Shown: positions 39,228 to 50,179, numbered from the stretch's first letter. The stretch: 64,000 bases of DNA from an uncultured Gemmatimonadales bacterium (GCA_963783305.1 CAWAMW010000014.1:1-64000); one strand, 5' to 3'. Translations and numbers: made by a program. Notes: generated by a model from the letters alone, not told the origin.

Positions 39228-39613
39228 TGGCGCAATACAGGCCGGGGGCGCGCAACGCCTCCAAGGGGAAGCAGAAGCGGTCGAGCAAGCTGCACGTGCG
39301 CCGGGGCGACCGGGTGCGTGTGATCCGGGGGAACTACTCGGGGCTGGAGGGTACCGTGCTCCGCGTGCTGACGTCGGAGAACCGTGTGGTGGTGGAGGGC
39401 GTGAACATGCGCAAGCACCACACGCGGCCGAGCGAGGCCAATCCGGAGGGCGGGATCCTGGAGTTCGAGGAGCCGATCCACGCGTCGAACGTGATGCTGG
39501 TCGATCCCAGCACCGACGAACCCTCGCGCTATCGGACTCGGATCGAGGACGATGGCACGAAGGAGCGGATCTCGACGAAGAGCGGGAACCCGATCCCGAA
39601 GTCGCAGGACTGA
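39227..39613 (+). CDS. rplX: 50S ribosomal protein L24
   Basis: [24 protein letters not shown]. Confidence 0.97.
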   Translation: MAQYRPGARNASKGKQKRSSKLHVRRGDRVRVIRGNYSGLEGTVLRVLTSENRVVVEGVNMRKHHTRPSEANPEGGILEFEEPIHASNVMLVDPSTDEPSRYRTRIEDDGTKERISTKSGNPIPKSQD

Positions 39614-39626
39614 CGAGCGGAAGACG

Positions 39627-40217
39627 ATGAAGCCGAGACTTAAGCAGCACTACGACGAGCGGGTCAGCCCGCGGCTCATGGACCAGTTCGAGCTGGAGAA
39701 CCCGTATCGGGTTCCGCGGCTCGAGAAGATCGTGATCAACGTGGGAATGGGCGAGGCGGCGAAGAACCCCAAGCTCATCGACACGGTGGTGGACGAGCTG
39801 ACGCGGATCACCGGGCAGAAGCCGGTGGTGACGCGTGCGAAGAAGTCCATTTCGAACTTTGGTCTGCGCGAGGGCATGCCGGTGGGCGCCAAGGTCACCC
39901 TGCGCCGGGAGCGGATGTACGAGTTCCTGGATCGGCTGATCAACGTGGCGCTGCCGCGGGTGCGCGACTTCCGGGGTCTGCCCACGCGCTCCTTCGACGG
40001 GCGGGGGAACTACACCCTCGGGGTCAAGGAGCAGGTGATCTTCCCGGAGATCGATTACGACGCGGTGGACGAGGTGCACGGAATGGACATCGTGCTTGTC
40101 ACCACCACGGAGAAGGACGACGAAGCGCTGGCACTGCTCAAGGAGCTGGGGATGCCGTTCCGGGGCGAAACACCGCTGGTGGTAAGCGGTGAAGACATTC
40201 CCGGTCCGACGGAGTAA
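39627..40217 (+). CDS. rplE: 50S ribosomal protein L5
   Basis: [26 protein letters not shown]. Confidence 0.99.
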   Translation: MKPRLKQHYDERVSPRLMDQFELENPYRVPRLEKIVINVGMGEAAKNPKLIDTVVDELTRITGQKPVVTRAKKSISNFGLREGMPVGAKVTLRRERMYEFLDRLINVALPRVRDFRGLPTRSFDGRGNYTLGVKEQVIFPEIDYDAVDEVHGMDIVLVTTTEKDDEALALLKELGMPFRGETPLVVSGEDIPGPTE

Positions 40218-40225
40218 GGGAACCG

Positions 40226-40417
40226 ATGGCACGCAAGGCACAGATCGAAAAGCAGAAGGACCCGAGCAAACTCAAGTTCTCGTCGCGCGCGACGAACCGG
40301 TGCAACCGGTGCGGCCGTGGCCGGGCTTTCATCCGGAAGTTCGGCATCTGCCGGATCTGCTTCCGGGAGATGGCGTTGAACGGCGAGATCCCGGGCGTCC
40401 GCAAGGCCAGCTGGTAG
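40226..40417 (+). CDS. rpsN: 30S ribosomal protein S14, short zinc-binding type Z
   Basis: [26 protein letters not shown]. Confidence 0.98.
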   Translation: MARKAQIEKQKDPSKLKFSSRATNRCNRCGRGRAFIRKFGICRICFREMALNGEIPGVRKASW

Positions 40418-40631
40418 TGCTGCGCGCTACCAGCTGGGCGTAGACGGTTCTCGGTACACGGGAACAGCGTGGGCGGGACAAGGCGGGTGCGGGAGGTCGG
40501 GGCAGGGTGCTTCGGCGACAAACAGAGGTGGGAGTGAGTCGAAGGCTGGGAGGCGCAGGGGCTTCCGCGACGAACCTTCTACAAGTCCGGGACGTGAAGT
40601 GGCCGGATACTATAGGAGCGAGTAGAACGAT

Positions 40632-41024
40632 ATGATGACCGATCCAATCGCCGACATGCTGGCGCGGGTCCGCAACGCATCACAAGCGGGTCACAAGCGC
40701 GTGGACATGCCGGTGTCGAAGTTGAAGGCGGAGATTGCCCGCATTCTGATGGAGACCCATTTCGTCCATGACTACAAGGTCCTGGACGACGGCCGCCACG
40801 GGGTGCTCCGACTCTACCTGAAGTACCATGAGGACCGGCCCGTGATTCGCGGCATGAAGCGCATCTCCACGCCAGGCCGGCGGGAGTACGCGGGTGTGGC
40901 CGATCTGCCGCGGGTGCGCAACGGTCTCGGCACGGCGATCATTTCCACCTCGCGGGGAATCATGACGGACCGCGAGGCGCGGGAGAACAACGTGGGCGGG
41001 GAAGTCCTCGCCGCGATCTGGTAG
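40632..41024 (+). CDS. rpsH: 30S ribosomal protein S8
   Basis: [26 protein letters not shown]. Confidence 0.99.
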   Translation: MMTDPIADMLARVRNASQAGHKRVDMPVSKLKAEIARILMETHFVHDYKVLDDGRHGVLRLYLKYHEDRPVIRGMKRISTPGRREYAGVADLPRVRNGLGTAIISTSRGIMTDREARENNVGGEVLAAIW

Positions 41025-41037
41025 GCGGGGGGCGAGC

Positions 41038-41574
41038 ATGTCACGAATCGGGAATCAGCCGATCGAGCTCCCGCAGGGCGTCGAAGTGAACGTGAGCGGC
41101 GACCGGGTGCGGGTGAAGGGTCCGAAGGGGGAGCTGGAGCGTCAGGTCCGTCCGGAGGTGAACGTGAAGGTGGAGGACGGTCAGGTTCTGGTGACGCGGT
41201 CTTCCGAGACGAAGCAGCATCGGGCCTTCCACGGTCTGACGCGGGCGCTGGTGGCGAACATGGTCGAGGGTGTCTCGACCGGGTTCCGCAAGGCGCTGGA
41301 GATCGTGGGCGTGGGGTACAGGGCCGACAAGCGGGGGAACGATCTCGTCCTGATCGTGGGGTACTCGCACGACGTGACGTACCCGGAGCCGGAAGGGATC
41401 TCCATCACCACGCCGACGCAGACGACGATCGTGGTGGAAGGGATCGACAAGCAGAAGGTAGGGCAGGTCGCGGCGGAGCTGAGGGCGGTTCGACCGCCTG
41501 AGCCGTACAAGGGCAAGGGCATTCGCTACCAGGGTGAACAGGTCCGCCGCAAGGCGGGGAAGACGGGCGCATAG
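41038..41574 (+). CDS. rplF: 50S ribosomal protein L6
   Basis: [16 protein letters not shown]. Confidence 0.99.
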   Translation: MSRIGNQPIELPQGVEVNVSGDRVRVKGPKGELERQVRPEVNVKVEDGQVLVTRSSETKQHRAFHGLTRALVANMVEGVSTGFRKALEIVGVGYRADKRGNDLVLIVGYSHDVTYPEPEGISITTPTQTTIVVEGIDKQKVGQVAAELRAVRPPEPYKGKGIRYQGEQVRRKAGKTGA

Positions 41575-41582
41575 AGGATACG

Positions 41583-41966
41583 ATGGCGAATAGAAAGAAG
41601 ACGAGCCGACGGGAGACGCAGCGGCTGCGACGCCATCAGCGGGTCCGGTCGAAGGTGGTCGGGACCGCGGAGCGTCCGCGCCTCGTGGTGCACCGGTCGC
41701 TGAAGCACATCCAGGGTCAGATCGTGGACGATGTCGCCGGCAAGGTGCTGGTGGGTATCTCGACCACGTCCCCGGACCTGGTGAAGCTCCGGGGCGACGA
41801 GGAGACGGACAAGACGGCGCTGAGCAGGGAAGCCGGCAAGCGGATCGCGGAGAAAGCGAAAGAGGCCGGGATCGAAGCGGTAGTGTTCGATCGGGGCGGG
41901 TACCTCTATCACGGCCGCGTGGCGGCCTTTGCCGAGGGCGCCCGCGAAGGCGGCCTGCAGTTCTAG
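41583..41966 (+). CDS. rplR: 50S ribosomal protein L18
   Basis: [21 protein letters not shown]. Confidence 0.99.
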   Translation: MANRKKTSRRETQRLRRHQRVRSKVVGTAERPRLVVHRSLKHIQGQIVDDVAGKVLVGISTTSPDLVKLRGDEETDKTALSREAGKRIAEKAKEAGIEAVVFDRGGYLYHGRVAAFAEGAREGGLQF

Positions 41967-41980
41967 GGGAGCGGAAAACG

Positions 41981-42508
41981 ATGGCGAAGAACAACCGAGG
42001 CGGTCGCAGGGGCCGGCAGGAATCGGATCTGACGGAGACCGTGATCGATATCAACCGGGTCGCGAAGGTCGTGAAGGGCGGACGTCGGTTCTCGTTCACC
42101 GCACTGGTGACGGTGGGGGACAAGAGCGGTCGCGCCGGCATCGCGGTGGGCAAGGCCAACGAGGTGGCCGAGGCGATCCGGAAGGGAATGGACCAGGCGC
42201 GCAAGGCGATGGTCGATGTCCCGATGGTCGAGGGCACGGTGCCCCACGAGATCGTGGGGCGTGTCGGTGCGGCGCGTGTGCTCCTGAAGCCGGCGGGGCC
42301 GGGTACGGGAGTGATCGCGGGCGGCGCCGTGCGTGCGATCCTGGAGGCGGCGGGCTACACGGACGTGCTGACGAAGAGCCTGGGCTCGAACAACCCGGTC
42401 AATATGGCCCGGGCGACGATGCAGGGGCTGGACGTGATGGTGACGGCCGAGCAGGTGGCGAAGGAGCGAGGCGTGACGGTGGAGGAGCTGGGGGTGCGCG
42501 GTGGCTGA
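41981..42508 (+). CDS. rpsE: 30S ribosomal protein S5
   Basis: [24 protein letters not shown]. Confidence 0.99.
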   Translation: MAKNNRGGRRGRQESDLTETVIDINRVAKVVKGGRRFSFTALVTVGDKSGRAGIAVGKANEVAEAIRKGMDQARKAMVDVPMVEGTVPHEIVGRVGAARVLLKPAGPGTGVIAGGAVRAILEAAGYTDVLTKSLGSNNPVNMARATMQGLDVMVTAEQVAKERGVTVEELGVRGG

Positions 42509-42710
42509 ATCGAAGCAGGGTACGGGAAAGCTGCGGATCAAGCAGGTCCGCAGCTCCAACGGCCGGCCGCGTAAGCACCGGGCGACACTGGAAGCGCTGG
42601 GCGTGAAGTACCAGCGGAGCGTGGTCCAGCCGGACAACGCGGCCATACGGGGAATGATTTTCCAGGTCCGCCACATGGTCGAGGTGGAAGAGCTGGAGGG
42701 CGAGGAGTAG
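42501..42710 (+). CDS. rpmD: 50S ribosomal protein L30
   Basis: [21 protein letters not shown]; position after rpsE. Confidence 0.95.
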   Translation: MAESKQGTGKLRIKQVRSSNGRPRKHRATLEALGVKYQRSVVQPDNAAIRGMIFQVRHMVEVEELEGEE

Positions 42711-42712
42711 CC

Positions 42713-43165
42713 ATGACGGATCTGAACAATCTCCGGCGTCCCAAGGGGGCGGCCGGCAACAGCAAGCGCGTGGGTCGGGGTCCCGGCTCCGGGAACGGCA
42801 AGACGGCCGGCCGGGGTCACAAGGGGCAGAAGGCGCGTGCGGGTCACCACGGGATGCCGGCGTGGTTCGAGGGCGGTCAGATGCCGCTCCAGCGGCGGCT
42901 GCCGAAGCGCGGCTTCACGAGCCACAAGAAGAACGACTTCGAGATCGTGAACGTGAAGGACCTCGGCCGGATCGATGAGGACCCGATCACGCCGGCGATC
43001 ATGCACCAGCACGGTCTGATCGACCTGGGTCGCAACCTGCCGGTCAAGGTGCTGGGCAAGGGCGCCCTGGAGAAGAAGGTCACCGTGAAGGCGCACGCGG
43101 TGAGCACGGGCGCGCGGAAGAAGATCGAAGACGCAGGCGGTTCGGTCGAGCTACTGGAGGCATAG
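42713..43165 (+). CDS. rplO: 50S ribosomal protein L15
   Basis: GRGPGSGNGKTAGRGHKGQKAR, FEGGQMPL. Confidence 0.99.
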   Translation: MTDLNNLRRPKGAAGNSKRVGRGPGSGNGKTAGRGHKGQKARAGHHGMPAWFEGGQMPLQRRLPKRGFTSHKKNDFEIVNVKDLGRIDEDPITPAIMHQHGLIDLGRNLPVKVLGKGALEKKVTVKAHAVSTGARKKIEDAGGSVELLEA

Positions 43166-43169
43166 CGGG

Positions 43170-44486
43170 ATGGCGAATCCAATCCCGAACCTCTTCCGGA
43201 TCCCGGAGCTCAAGAACAAGATCCTCTACACCCTCGGCGCTCTGCTCGTGTACCGCTTCGGCGCACACGTCACGGCCCCGGGAATCGATGTGGCGGCGCT
43301 CGAGGCGCAGTTCGGGCAGCTGCAGGGGACACTGTTCGGCGTCTACGACATGTTCGTGGGGGGCGCGCTCAGCCGGGCGACGGTGTTCAGCCTGGGCATC
43401 ATGCCCTATATCTCCGCCAGCATTATGTTCCAGCTGCTGGCGGCCGTCTTCCCGACCATCGAGAAGATGCAGAAGGAGGGCGAGGACGGTCGGAAGAAGC
43501 TGACGCAGTGGACGCGGTACGCGACGGTGGTGCTGGCCCTCGCGCAGGCGTACGGGTACTCCATGTACCTCCAGAGCATTCCGGGGGCGGTCCTGAACCC
43601 GGGATTCCTCTTCGTCCTCAGCACGACGCTGGCCCTGACCACGGGTGGTATCTTCATCATGTGGCTGGGTGAGCAGATCACGGAGCAGGGGATCGGCAAC
43701 GGCGCCTCGCTGCTGATCTTCTTCTCGATCATCGAAGGGTTCCCGACCGCCATCGTGCGGACGTGGGAGGCCACGATCACGGGTGTCATCAGCTGGCCGA
43801 AGCTGATCATCCTCGTGGCCGTGATGATCGGTATCGTGGCGGGCGTCGTGGCCATGACGATGGCCAGCCGGAAGCTGCCAGTGCAGATTCCCCGGAAGGT
43901 GATGGGACGGGGCAGGGTGCGGGAGGGGCAGAAGAGCTTCATCCCGCTGCGCGTGAACTCGGCCGGCGTCATGCCGATCATCTTCGCGCAGTCCATCATC
44001 ATCGTGCCAGGGACCGCCGCGGCGTTCGTCGACTCCGCCTTCTTCCGCGGGATCGCCGACACCTTCCAGCCGGGGAACGCGGCGTACTACGTGAGCTACG
44101 GGATCCTGATCCTGTTCTTCACGTACTTCTATACGTCCATCATCTTCAATCCGGTGGACCTGGCCGAGAACCTCAAGAAGCAGGGCGCGTTCATCCCCGG
44201 CGTGAAGCCGGGCGCACGCACGGCGCAGTACATCGACCACGTGCTCAGCCGGATCACGCTTCCGGGCGCGATCTACCTGGCGATGATCGCCATGGTGCCG
44301 TTCTGGATCTTCGATATCTTCGATATCGAGCTGTTCTTCTTCGGGGGCACGTCCCTCCTCATCGTCGTAGGCGTGGGGCTGGACACGGTGCAGCAGATGC
44401 AGCAGCACCTGCTCCTTCGGCATTACGAGGGGTTCATGAAGAAGGGTCGCGTCCGGTTCCGCGGCCGACAACGCTATATGGGGTAA
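43170..44486 (+). CDS. secY: Preprotein translocase subunit SecY
   Basis: LGIMPYISASI, WLGEQIT..GIGNG, FIPGVKPG, GGTSLLI. Confidence 0.99.
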   Translation: MANPIPNLFRIPELKNKILYTLGALLVYRFGAHVTAPGIDVAALEAQFGQLQGTLFGVYDMFVGGALSRATVFSLGIMPYISASIMFQLLAAVFPTIEKMQKEGEDGRKKLTQWTRYATVVLALAQAYGYSMYLQSIPGAVLNPGFLFVLSTTLALTTGGIFIMWLGEQITEQGIGNGASLLIFFSIIEGFPTAIVRTWEATITGVISWPKLIILVAVMIGIVAGVVAMTMASRKLPVQIPRKVMGRGRVREGQKSFIPLRVNSAGVMPIIFAQSIIIVPGTAAAFVDSAFFRGIADTFQPGNAAYYVSYGILILFFTYFYTSIIFNPVDLAENLKKQGAFIPGVKPGARTAQYIDHVLSRITLPGAIYLAMIAMVPFWIFDIFDIELFFFGGTSLLIVVGVGLDTVQQMQQHLLLRHYEGFMKKGRVRFRGRQRYMG

Positions 44487-44493
44487 GGTTCTG

Positions 44494-45138
44494 ATGCGAC
44501 TGATCCTCCTGGGGGCTCCCGGTGTCGGCAAAGGCACTCAGGGAGCCCTGCTGTCCAAGAAGCACGACCTGACGCAGATTTCCACGGGAGACATCCTCCG
44601 GGATGCGGTGCGGCGAGACACACCGCTCGGCCAGAAGGCGAACGGCTACATGAAGGCCGGCGAGCTCGTCCCGGATGAACTCATCCTCGAGCTTGTGCGG
44701 GAGGTGCTGAGGACGCGGGACGATAATTTCATCCTCGATGGCTTCCCACGAACACTGGATCAGGCGGAAGGGCTGAGCTCGATTCTGGCCGAGGCGGGGA
44801 TCGAGCTGGACGGGGTGGTGGTGCTGCGGGCGCCTGACGACGTGCTGGTGAAGCGGATCAGCGGTCGGAGGTCGTGCCCGCAGTGCAAGGCGGTGTACAA
44901 CGTGTATTTCGAGGCGCCGGCGGAGGACGGCCGGTGCGACCGGTGTGGCGCCGAGCTGGTGAGGCGGGTGGACGACGAACTGGCCACCGTGGAGAACCGG
45001 CTGACCGTGTATCGCCGGCAGACGCAGCCGCTCATCGAGTTCTACGAGGCGTCGCACACTCCCGTGAGCTATGTGGACGGGACGAAGGACGTGGAAGAGG
45101 TGCAGGCGGAGATCGAGGAGAAGCTGCCGACGGCATGA
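44494..45138 (+). CDS. adk: Adenylate kinase (zinc-lid type)
   Basis: GAPGVGKGT, LDGFPR, CPQC..CDRC lid. Confidence 0.98.
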   Translation: MRLILLGAPGVGKGTQGALLSKKHDLTQISTGDILRDAVRRDTPLGQKANGYMKAGELVPDELILELVREVLRTRDDNFILDGFPRTLDQAEGLSSILAEAGIELDGVVVLRAPDDVLVKRISGRRSCPQCKAVYNVYFEAPAEDGRCDRCGAELVRRVDDELATVENRLTVYRRQTQPLIEFYEASHTPVSYVDGTKDVEEVQAEIEEKLPTA

Positions 45139-45887
45139 GCAGGCTCAAGCGACCGGAAGAGATCGAGGCCATGGCCCGGGCGGGCCGCATCATCGGCGCG
45201 CTGTTCGAGTCGCTTCGGGAACGCGTGCAGCCGGGAGTGACCACAGGCGCGCTGGACAGCTACGCCGAGGAGTTCATCCGAGGCCACGATGGCGCCGAGC
45301 CGGCATTCAAAGGGCTCTATGGGTTTCCCGGCACCATCTGCGCTTCCGTGAATCACGAGGTGGTCCACGGCATCCCGAGTCCGTACCGGCAGCTGAGCGA
45401 TGGCGACATCATCAGCGTGGACGTGGGTGTCAAGCTGGACGGCTGGTTCGGAGACTCCGCGATCACCTATCCGGTCGGGGAAGTGGACGAGGAGACACAG
45501 CACCTGCTGGATGTGACCCGGGAATCGCTGTACGAGGGGATCGCCGCCGCCCGGGTGGGGAACCGGATCGGCGACATCGGGCACGTCATCCAGAAGCACG
45601 CGGAAGCCGCGGGGTACACGGTGGTACGGGAGCTCGTGGGGCACGGCATCGGACGGGAGCCGCACGAAGACCCGCAGGTGCCGAACTTCGGCCACGCGGG
45701 CCGTGGCCCCAGGCTCGAGGAGGGCCTGGTCCTCGCCATCGAGCCTATGGTGAACCTCGGCGTCCCGGACGTCGAGACACTGCCGGACCGGTGGACGGTG
45801 ATCACGGCGGACAAGCGTCGGAGCGCCCACTTCGAGCACACCGTAGCGGTGACGGCCGAGGGCCCGCGGATCCTCACCGCGTCGTAG
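45135..45887 (+). CDS. map: Methionine aminopeptidase type I
   Basis: SVNHEVVHGIP, GHGIG..HEDP, AIEPM, SAHFEHT. Confidence 0.97.
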   Translation: MSRLKRPEEIEAMARAGRIIGALFESLRERVQPGVTTGALDSYAEEFIRGHDGAEPAFKGLYGFPGTICASVNHEVVHGIPSPYRQLSDGDIISVDVGVKLDGWFGDSAITYPVGEVDEETQHLLDVTRESLYEGIAAARVGNRIGDIGHVIQKHAEAAGYTVVRELVGHGIGREPHEDPQVPNFGHAGRGPRLEEGLVLAIEPMVNLGVPDVETLPDRWTVITADKRRSAHFEHTVAVTAEGPRILTAS

Positions 45888-45933
45888 CGGGTGGGCATTG
45901 GTGGTGGGAGTCGGGAAAGCTGTCGACCGGGGG

Positions 45934-45962
45934 TTGATGGGCGGGGGATGGGGCTGTATCTT
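45934..45962 (+). promoter_or_regulatory. Putative sigma70 promoter for the rpmJ-alpha operon
   Basis: TTGATG-17 bp-TATCTT, 33 bp before rpmJ. Confidence 0.5.
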
Positions 45963-45995
45963 TCAAAGCTGTCCGGTAAATGAAGAGGTGTGGCA

Positions 45996-46112
45996 ATGAA
46001 AGTCCGTACGAGTGTAAAGCCGATGTGCGAGCACTGCCGCGTCATTCGACGCCGAGGAGTAGTGCGCGTGATTTGCAAGAAGAACCCGCGGCATAAGCAG
46101 CGGCAGGGGTAG
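45996..46112 (+). CDS. rpmJ: 50S ribosomal protein L36
   Basis: Translated by hand: [38 protein letters not shown]. Confidence 0.97.
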   Translation: MKVRTSVKPMCEHCRVIRRRGVVRVICKKNPRHKQRQG

Positions 46113-46119
46113 GGGGAGC

Positions 46120-46500
46120 ATGGCACGGATCGCTGGAGTCGACCTTCCGCGGAACAAGCGGATCGAAATCGCGCTGACCTATATCTATGGGATCGGCGAC
46201 TCGCTGGCGCACGACATTCTGGAGGCCACCGCGGTGGATCCGGACCGTCGTACGCAGGACCTGACGGACGAAGAGGTGAACCGTCTCCGGCGGGTCATCG
46301 AGAACAAGTACAAGGTGGAGGGCGCTCTGCGGAGCGAGGTCTCCATGAACATCAAGCGCCTGATGGACATCGGGTGCTATCGCGGCCTGCGTCATCGGCG
46401 TGGTCTGCCGGTTCGCGGGCAGCGGACGCACACGAACGCGCGGACCCACAAGGGCTCGAGGCGGGCGATCGCGGGCAAGAAGAAGGCGCCGCGGAAGTAA
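46120..46500 (+). CDS. rpsM: 30S ribosomal protein S13
   Basis: [24 protein letters not shown]. Confidence 0.99.
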   Translation: MARIAGVDLPRNKRIEIALTYIYGIGDSLAHDILEATAVDPDRRTQDLTDEEVNRLRRVIENKYKVEGALRSEVSMNIKRLMDIGCYRGLRHRRGLPVRGQRTHTNARTHKGSRRAIAGKKKAPRK

Positions 46501-46621
46501 GGGAGTAGCGCGCCTGTCGGCGCGGAGGGCGTTTGCGGAGCGGGGGGCTCACCTCCGACTCGCGGAGGGCGCCTGCGGCGCGGCGGTGTACTGAGATACG
46601 CGGATAGGGATACAGGGGAAT

Positions 46622-47014
46622 ATGGCGCAACCGAAGAAGGCGCGGACGAAGCGGGCGAAGAAGCAGGTGGAGTCCGAGGGGATCGCGTGGATCCAGGCGA
46701 CGTTCAACAACACGCTGGTCACGATCACCAATCTGAATGGTGACGTGGTGACGTGGGGGAGCGCCGGCAAGGCGGGCTTCAAGGGCTCGAAGAAGTCCAC
46801 GCCGTTTGCTGCGACGGTCTCGTCGGAGCAGGTGGGCCGCGAAGCATACAATCTGGGAGTCCGGCGCGTGCACGTGCGGGTAAAGGGGCCGGGAAGCGGT
46901 CGTGAGTCGGCGATCCAGGCGCTGAGCGCCGCGGGATTGCAGATCCGGTCGATCCGGGATGTCACGCCGATCCCGCACAACGGCTGCCGGGCGCCGAAGA
47001 AGCGCCGGGTCTGA
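46622..47014 (+). CDS. rpsK: 30S ribosomal protein S11
   Basis: [24 protein letters not shown]. Confidence 0.99.
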   Translation: MAQPKKARTKRAKKQVESEGIAWIQATFNNTLVTITNLNGDVVTWGSAGKAGFKGSKKSTPFAATVSSEQVGREAYNLGVRRVHVRVKGPGSGRESAIQALSAAGLQIRSIRDVTPIPHNGCRAPKKRRV

Positions 47015-47275
47015 GGCGCGGCCCGGCCGGCGGGGTCGGGGCGTCGAGAGTCGAGAGGGACAGCGGTATCATCGGGGTGGCCGGGACGGAGCCGGGGCCC
47101 CGGCGGGAAGGAGGCTCTCTTGGGGGCCTCCTTCGGGTGCTTTCGCGGCGGTTGCCGCGGCGATACCGGCAGTAACGCAGGATGGAGCGCAGGAAAGAAC
47201 GGATGTAAACCGCCGAGCCGTCCAGGCGGGAGGAAGTCCGAGAGACGAACGAGAGAACGGGAGTGAGACGGTCGA

Positions 47276-47911
47276 ATGGGTCGCCATACGGGACCGGTGT
47301 GCAAGCTGTGTCGTCGGGAAGGGCAGAAGCTGTTCCTGAAGGGCACGAAGTGCTACACCGAAAAGTGTCCGGTCGAGCGGCGGAGCTATCCGCCGGGGCA
47401 GCACGGGGTGGCGCAGGCGCGTCGCCGGAAGCAGAGCGATTACGCGCTGCAGCTGCGAGAGAAGCAGAAGGTCAAGCGGATCTACGGCGTGGGTGAGCGG
47501 TATTTCCGCAACACGTTCAAGCGCGCGAGCAAGCGGACCGGCCTTACAGGTGAGAACCTGCTGGTGGGTCTGGAGTCGCGGCTGGATAACGTCGTGTACC
47601 GTCTGGGCTTCGCCGGGAGCCGTGCGCAGTCGCGGCAGCTGGTGCGTCACCGTCACATCGAGGTGAACGGCCGGCCGGTGGACATTCCGAGCTATGAGGT
47701 GCAGCCGGGCGACGAGATTCGCCTGAAGGAAGGGTCGCGGAACCTGGTGCCCGTGCAGGTGGCGCTGGAGTCCAAGACGCGTCCGGATACGGTGAGCTGG
47801 CTGGCGCTGGACGAAGGCACGAAGACGGGCCGCATGTTGGAGCGGCCGTCGCGGGATGACATCCCGCTGCCGGTCCAGGAGCAGCTCATCGTCGAGCTCT
47901 ACTCGAAGTAA
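47276..47911 (+). CDS. rpsD: 30S ribosomal protein S4 (zinc-binding type)
   Basis: CKLCRREG..KCYTEKC, LESRLDNVVYR, IVELYSK. Confidence 0.99.
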   Translation: MGRHTGPVCKLCRREGQKLFLKGTKCYTEKCPVERRSYPPGQHGVAQARRRKQSDYALQLREKQKVKRIYGVGERYFRNTFKRASKRTGLTGENLLVGLESRLDNVVYRLGFAGSRAQSRQLVRHRHIEVNGRPVDIPSYEVQPGDEIRLKEGSRNLVPVQVALESKTRPDTVSWLALDEGTKTGRMLERPSRDDIPLPVQEQLIVELYSK

Positions 47912-47928
47912 CCGATACAGGAGGAATT

Positions 47929-48978
47929 GTGGAGCTAGATCTGACCGGATTGGTACTACCGCAGCGTGTCGAGGCGGCGGAGCGATCGGAGGACGGTCGC
48001 ACGGCGCAGTTCGTCATGACGCCGCTGGAGCGAGGGTTTGGGCAGACGCTGGGGAACTCGGTTCGCCGGATCCTGCTGAGCTCGCTGCCCGGCGCTGCGG
48101 TGTGGGCGTTCCGTCTGGACGGTGTGGTGCATGAGCACCAGACGGTGGCGGGGGTCTCCGAGGATGTACACCAGATCATCCAGAACCTGAAGGCTCTGGT
48201 GCTGCGGCTGGACCCCGAGGTAGACGAGGCGCGGATCGAGCTGCGCGCGTCCCAGGCGGGCTCGGTGACGGCGGGAATGGTGGAGCAGACGGGTGGTGTA
48301 GAGGTGCTGGACCCGGATCACCACCTGTTCACGCTGCAGGAGGACAAGGAAGTCCACCTCGAGCTCCACGTGAACAAGGGCCGCGGCTTCGTGAGCGCGG
48401 ACGACCACGAGGTGCCGAAGGGGAGCCCTGTGGACCTGGTGCGGATCGACTCGATCTACAACCCGGTGCTGCGGGCGAACTTCACGGTGCAGGAGACGCG
48501 GGTGGGGCAGCGGACCGACTTCGATCGGCTCACGCTGCACGTGGAGACGAACGGCAGCGTGGAGCCGGAGGACGCGGTGGCCTACGCGGCCGAGCTGGCG
48601 CGGCGGCACCTGGAGTACATGCTGAAGTTCGGCGATGCGGGGGCGCCGGAGCCGCCGGTGCCGGGTGCCGTGGCGGTCCCGAAGACGCTGCAGGACCTGC
48701 TGGAGCGGCCGATCGAGGATCTGGCCGAGCTGAGCGTGCGGAGCGTGAACTCGCTCAAGAAGGAGAACATCATCACGCTCGGTGACCTGGTCCGTCGCAC
48801 GGAGGACCAGATGCTGGACATTGACAACTTCGGCGTGAAGTCGCTGGAGGAGATCCGTCAGTTCCTCATGGAGCACAACCTCCATTTCGGCATGAAGCTG
48901 GAGGAGGGTGAGGACGGCGACCTGTACCTGGTGGACGAGTCGGAAGCGGCCGCCGAAGTCGCCGAGGAGGAGGCGTAG
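47929..48978 (+). CDS. rpoA: RNA polymerase alpha subunit
   Basis: PLERGFGQTLGNSVRRILLSS, CTD LSVRSVNSL..NFGVKSL. Confidence 0.99.
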   Translation: MELDLTGLVLPQRVEAAERSEDGRTAQFVMTPLERGFGQTLGNSVRRILLSSLPGAAVWAFRLDGVVHEHQTVAGVSEDVHQIIQNLKALVLRLDPEVDEARIELRASQAGSVTAGMVEQTGGVEVLDPDHHLFTLQEDKEVHLELHVNKGRGFVSADDHEVPKGSPVDLVRIDSIYNPVLRANFTVQETRVGQRTDFDRLTLHVETNGSVEPEDAVAYAAELARRHLEYMLKFGDAGAPEPPVPGAVAVPKTLQDLLERPIEDLAELSVRSVNSLKKENIITLGDLVRRTEDQMLDIDNFGVKSLEEIRQFLMEHNLHFGMKLEEGEDGDLYLVDESEAAAEVAEEEA

Positions 48979-48981
48979 GGA

Positions 48982-49335
48982 ATGAGACACGGCAAGAAGG
49001 GGCGTCCTCTCAATCGGACGACGTCGCACCGGAAGGCAATGTTGCGGAACATGGCGACGTCGCTGTTCAAGCACGGCAGGATCGAGACGACGGTGGCGAA
49101 GGCGAAGGAGTTGCGTCAGTATGCCGAGCCGCTGATCACGAAGGCGAAGCGAGGGGACCTGCACGCCCGTCGTCTGGTGGCTCGGGACATCCGGGACAGT
49201 GAGACGCTGGCCAAGCTGTTTGACGAGATCGGCCCCCGCTACGCAGAGCGCCCAGGCGGCTATACGCGAGTGGTGAAGCTTGGGCACCGCGCCGGCGATG
49301 CGGCCGATGTGGCGATCATAGAACTCGTGGAGTAG
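48982..49335 (+). CDS. rplQ: 50S ribosomal protein L17
   Basis: [16 protein letters not shown]. Confidence 0.99.
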   Translation: MRHGKKGRPLNRTTSHRKAMLRNMATSLFKHGRIETTVAKAKELRQYAEPLITKAKRGDLHARRLVARDIRDSETLAKLFDEIGPRYAERPGGYTRVVKLGHRAGDAADVAIIELVE

Positions 49336-49340
49336 ACACC

Positions 49341-49937
49341 ATGGCGGACGGAGTGAAGACGGATTCCACGTCCAGGCGGTCGATGACGTGGGTGTGGATG
49401 ATCCTGGCGGTGGTGGTCGTGGGCGGGTTCCTCGTGTGGCTGAGTATGGCGAGCGAGCCGACGGCGGTGCCGGTCGCGGGAGGTGAGGAGACGACTGAGG
49501 GCGGACCGGACACGAGCATCCCTCTGGTGGCGAAGGACACGCTGGCCGCGGACAAGGCGGCGTACGAGGGGCAGATCATCCGTGTGCAGGAGGTCGAGGC
49601 CACGACTGAGCTCGGTGCCGCCATCTTCTGGGGTGAGCTGGGCGACCAGGCGAACCAGGTTCCCATTCTGGTCCGCCTCGATTCTACAGCCGCCGAAGGC
49701 TGGCAGATGCAGCAGGGCGGCCTGTACAACCTGACGGGCCGGGTCTCCCGGATGACCGATTCCGTGGCCGCGGCCTGGGGCGAGCAGGGCGAGTTCAGGA
49801 GTGAGGGCGAGGAAATGCAGGCGACCTTCACCGACTATTTCATTCAGGCGAGCAGGATCCGACCCACGCGGAGCGGGAGCTCCGGCGGTGGCGCGGATCG
49901 TGGCGCGGGCGCGAACGCGCCCGCCCGCGACGGCTGA
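49341..49937 (+). CDS. Hypothetical membrane-anchored protein
   Basis: 198 aa; N-terminal TM helix ([18 protein letters not shown]), beta-rich extracytoplasmic part; host-like codon use. Confidence 0.75.
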   Translation: MADGVKTDSTSRRSMTWVWMILAVVVVGGFLVWLSMASEPTAVPVAGGEETTEGGPDTSIPLVAKDTLAADKAAYEGQIIRVQEVEATTELGAAIFWGELGDQANQVPILVRLDSTAAEGWQMQQGGLYNLTGRVSRMTDSVAAAWGEQGEFRSEGEEMQATFTDYFIQASRIRPTRSGSSGGGADRGAGANAPARDG

Positions 49938-49962
49938 CCGGGCAGGGCGAGGAGAAACGGTT

Positions 49963-50157
49963 ATGGCACGGAAGTGTTACGTGTGCGGCAAGGGCCCGGT
50001 TTATGGGAACAACGTCAGCCACGCGAACAACAGGACGCGGCGGCGCTGGCTGCCCAACCTCCAGCGGGTGAAGATCCTGACGGAGGAAGGTGAGTCGCAG
50101 CGGGTGCGGGTATGCACGCGGTGCATATCGGCGGGGAAGATCCGCAAGGCTGGCTGA
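49963..50157 (+). CDS. rpmB: 50S ribosomal protein L28 (zinc-binding type)
   Basis: [34 protein letters not shown]. Confidence 0.97.
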   Translation: MARKCYVCGKGPVYGNNVSHANNRTRRRWLPNLQRVKILTEEGESQRVRVCTRCISAGKIRKAG

Positions 50158-50179
50158 GGCCCCAGGGGTCCACGGCAAG

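Noticed and set aside
46521..46571. CGCGGAGGGCG repeated twice between rpsM and rpsK
   Set aside because: Short GC-rich duplicate, plausible by chance or local duplication; no further support.
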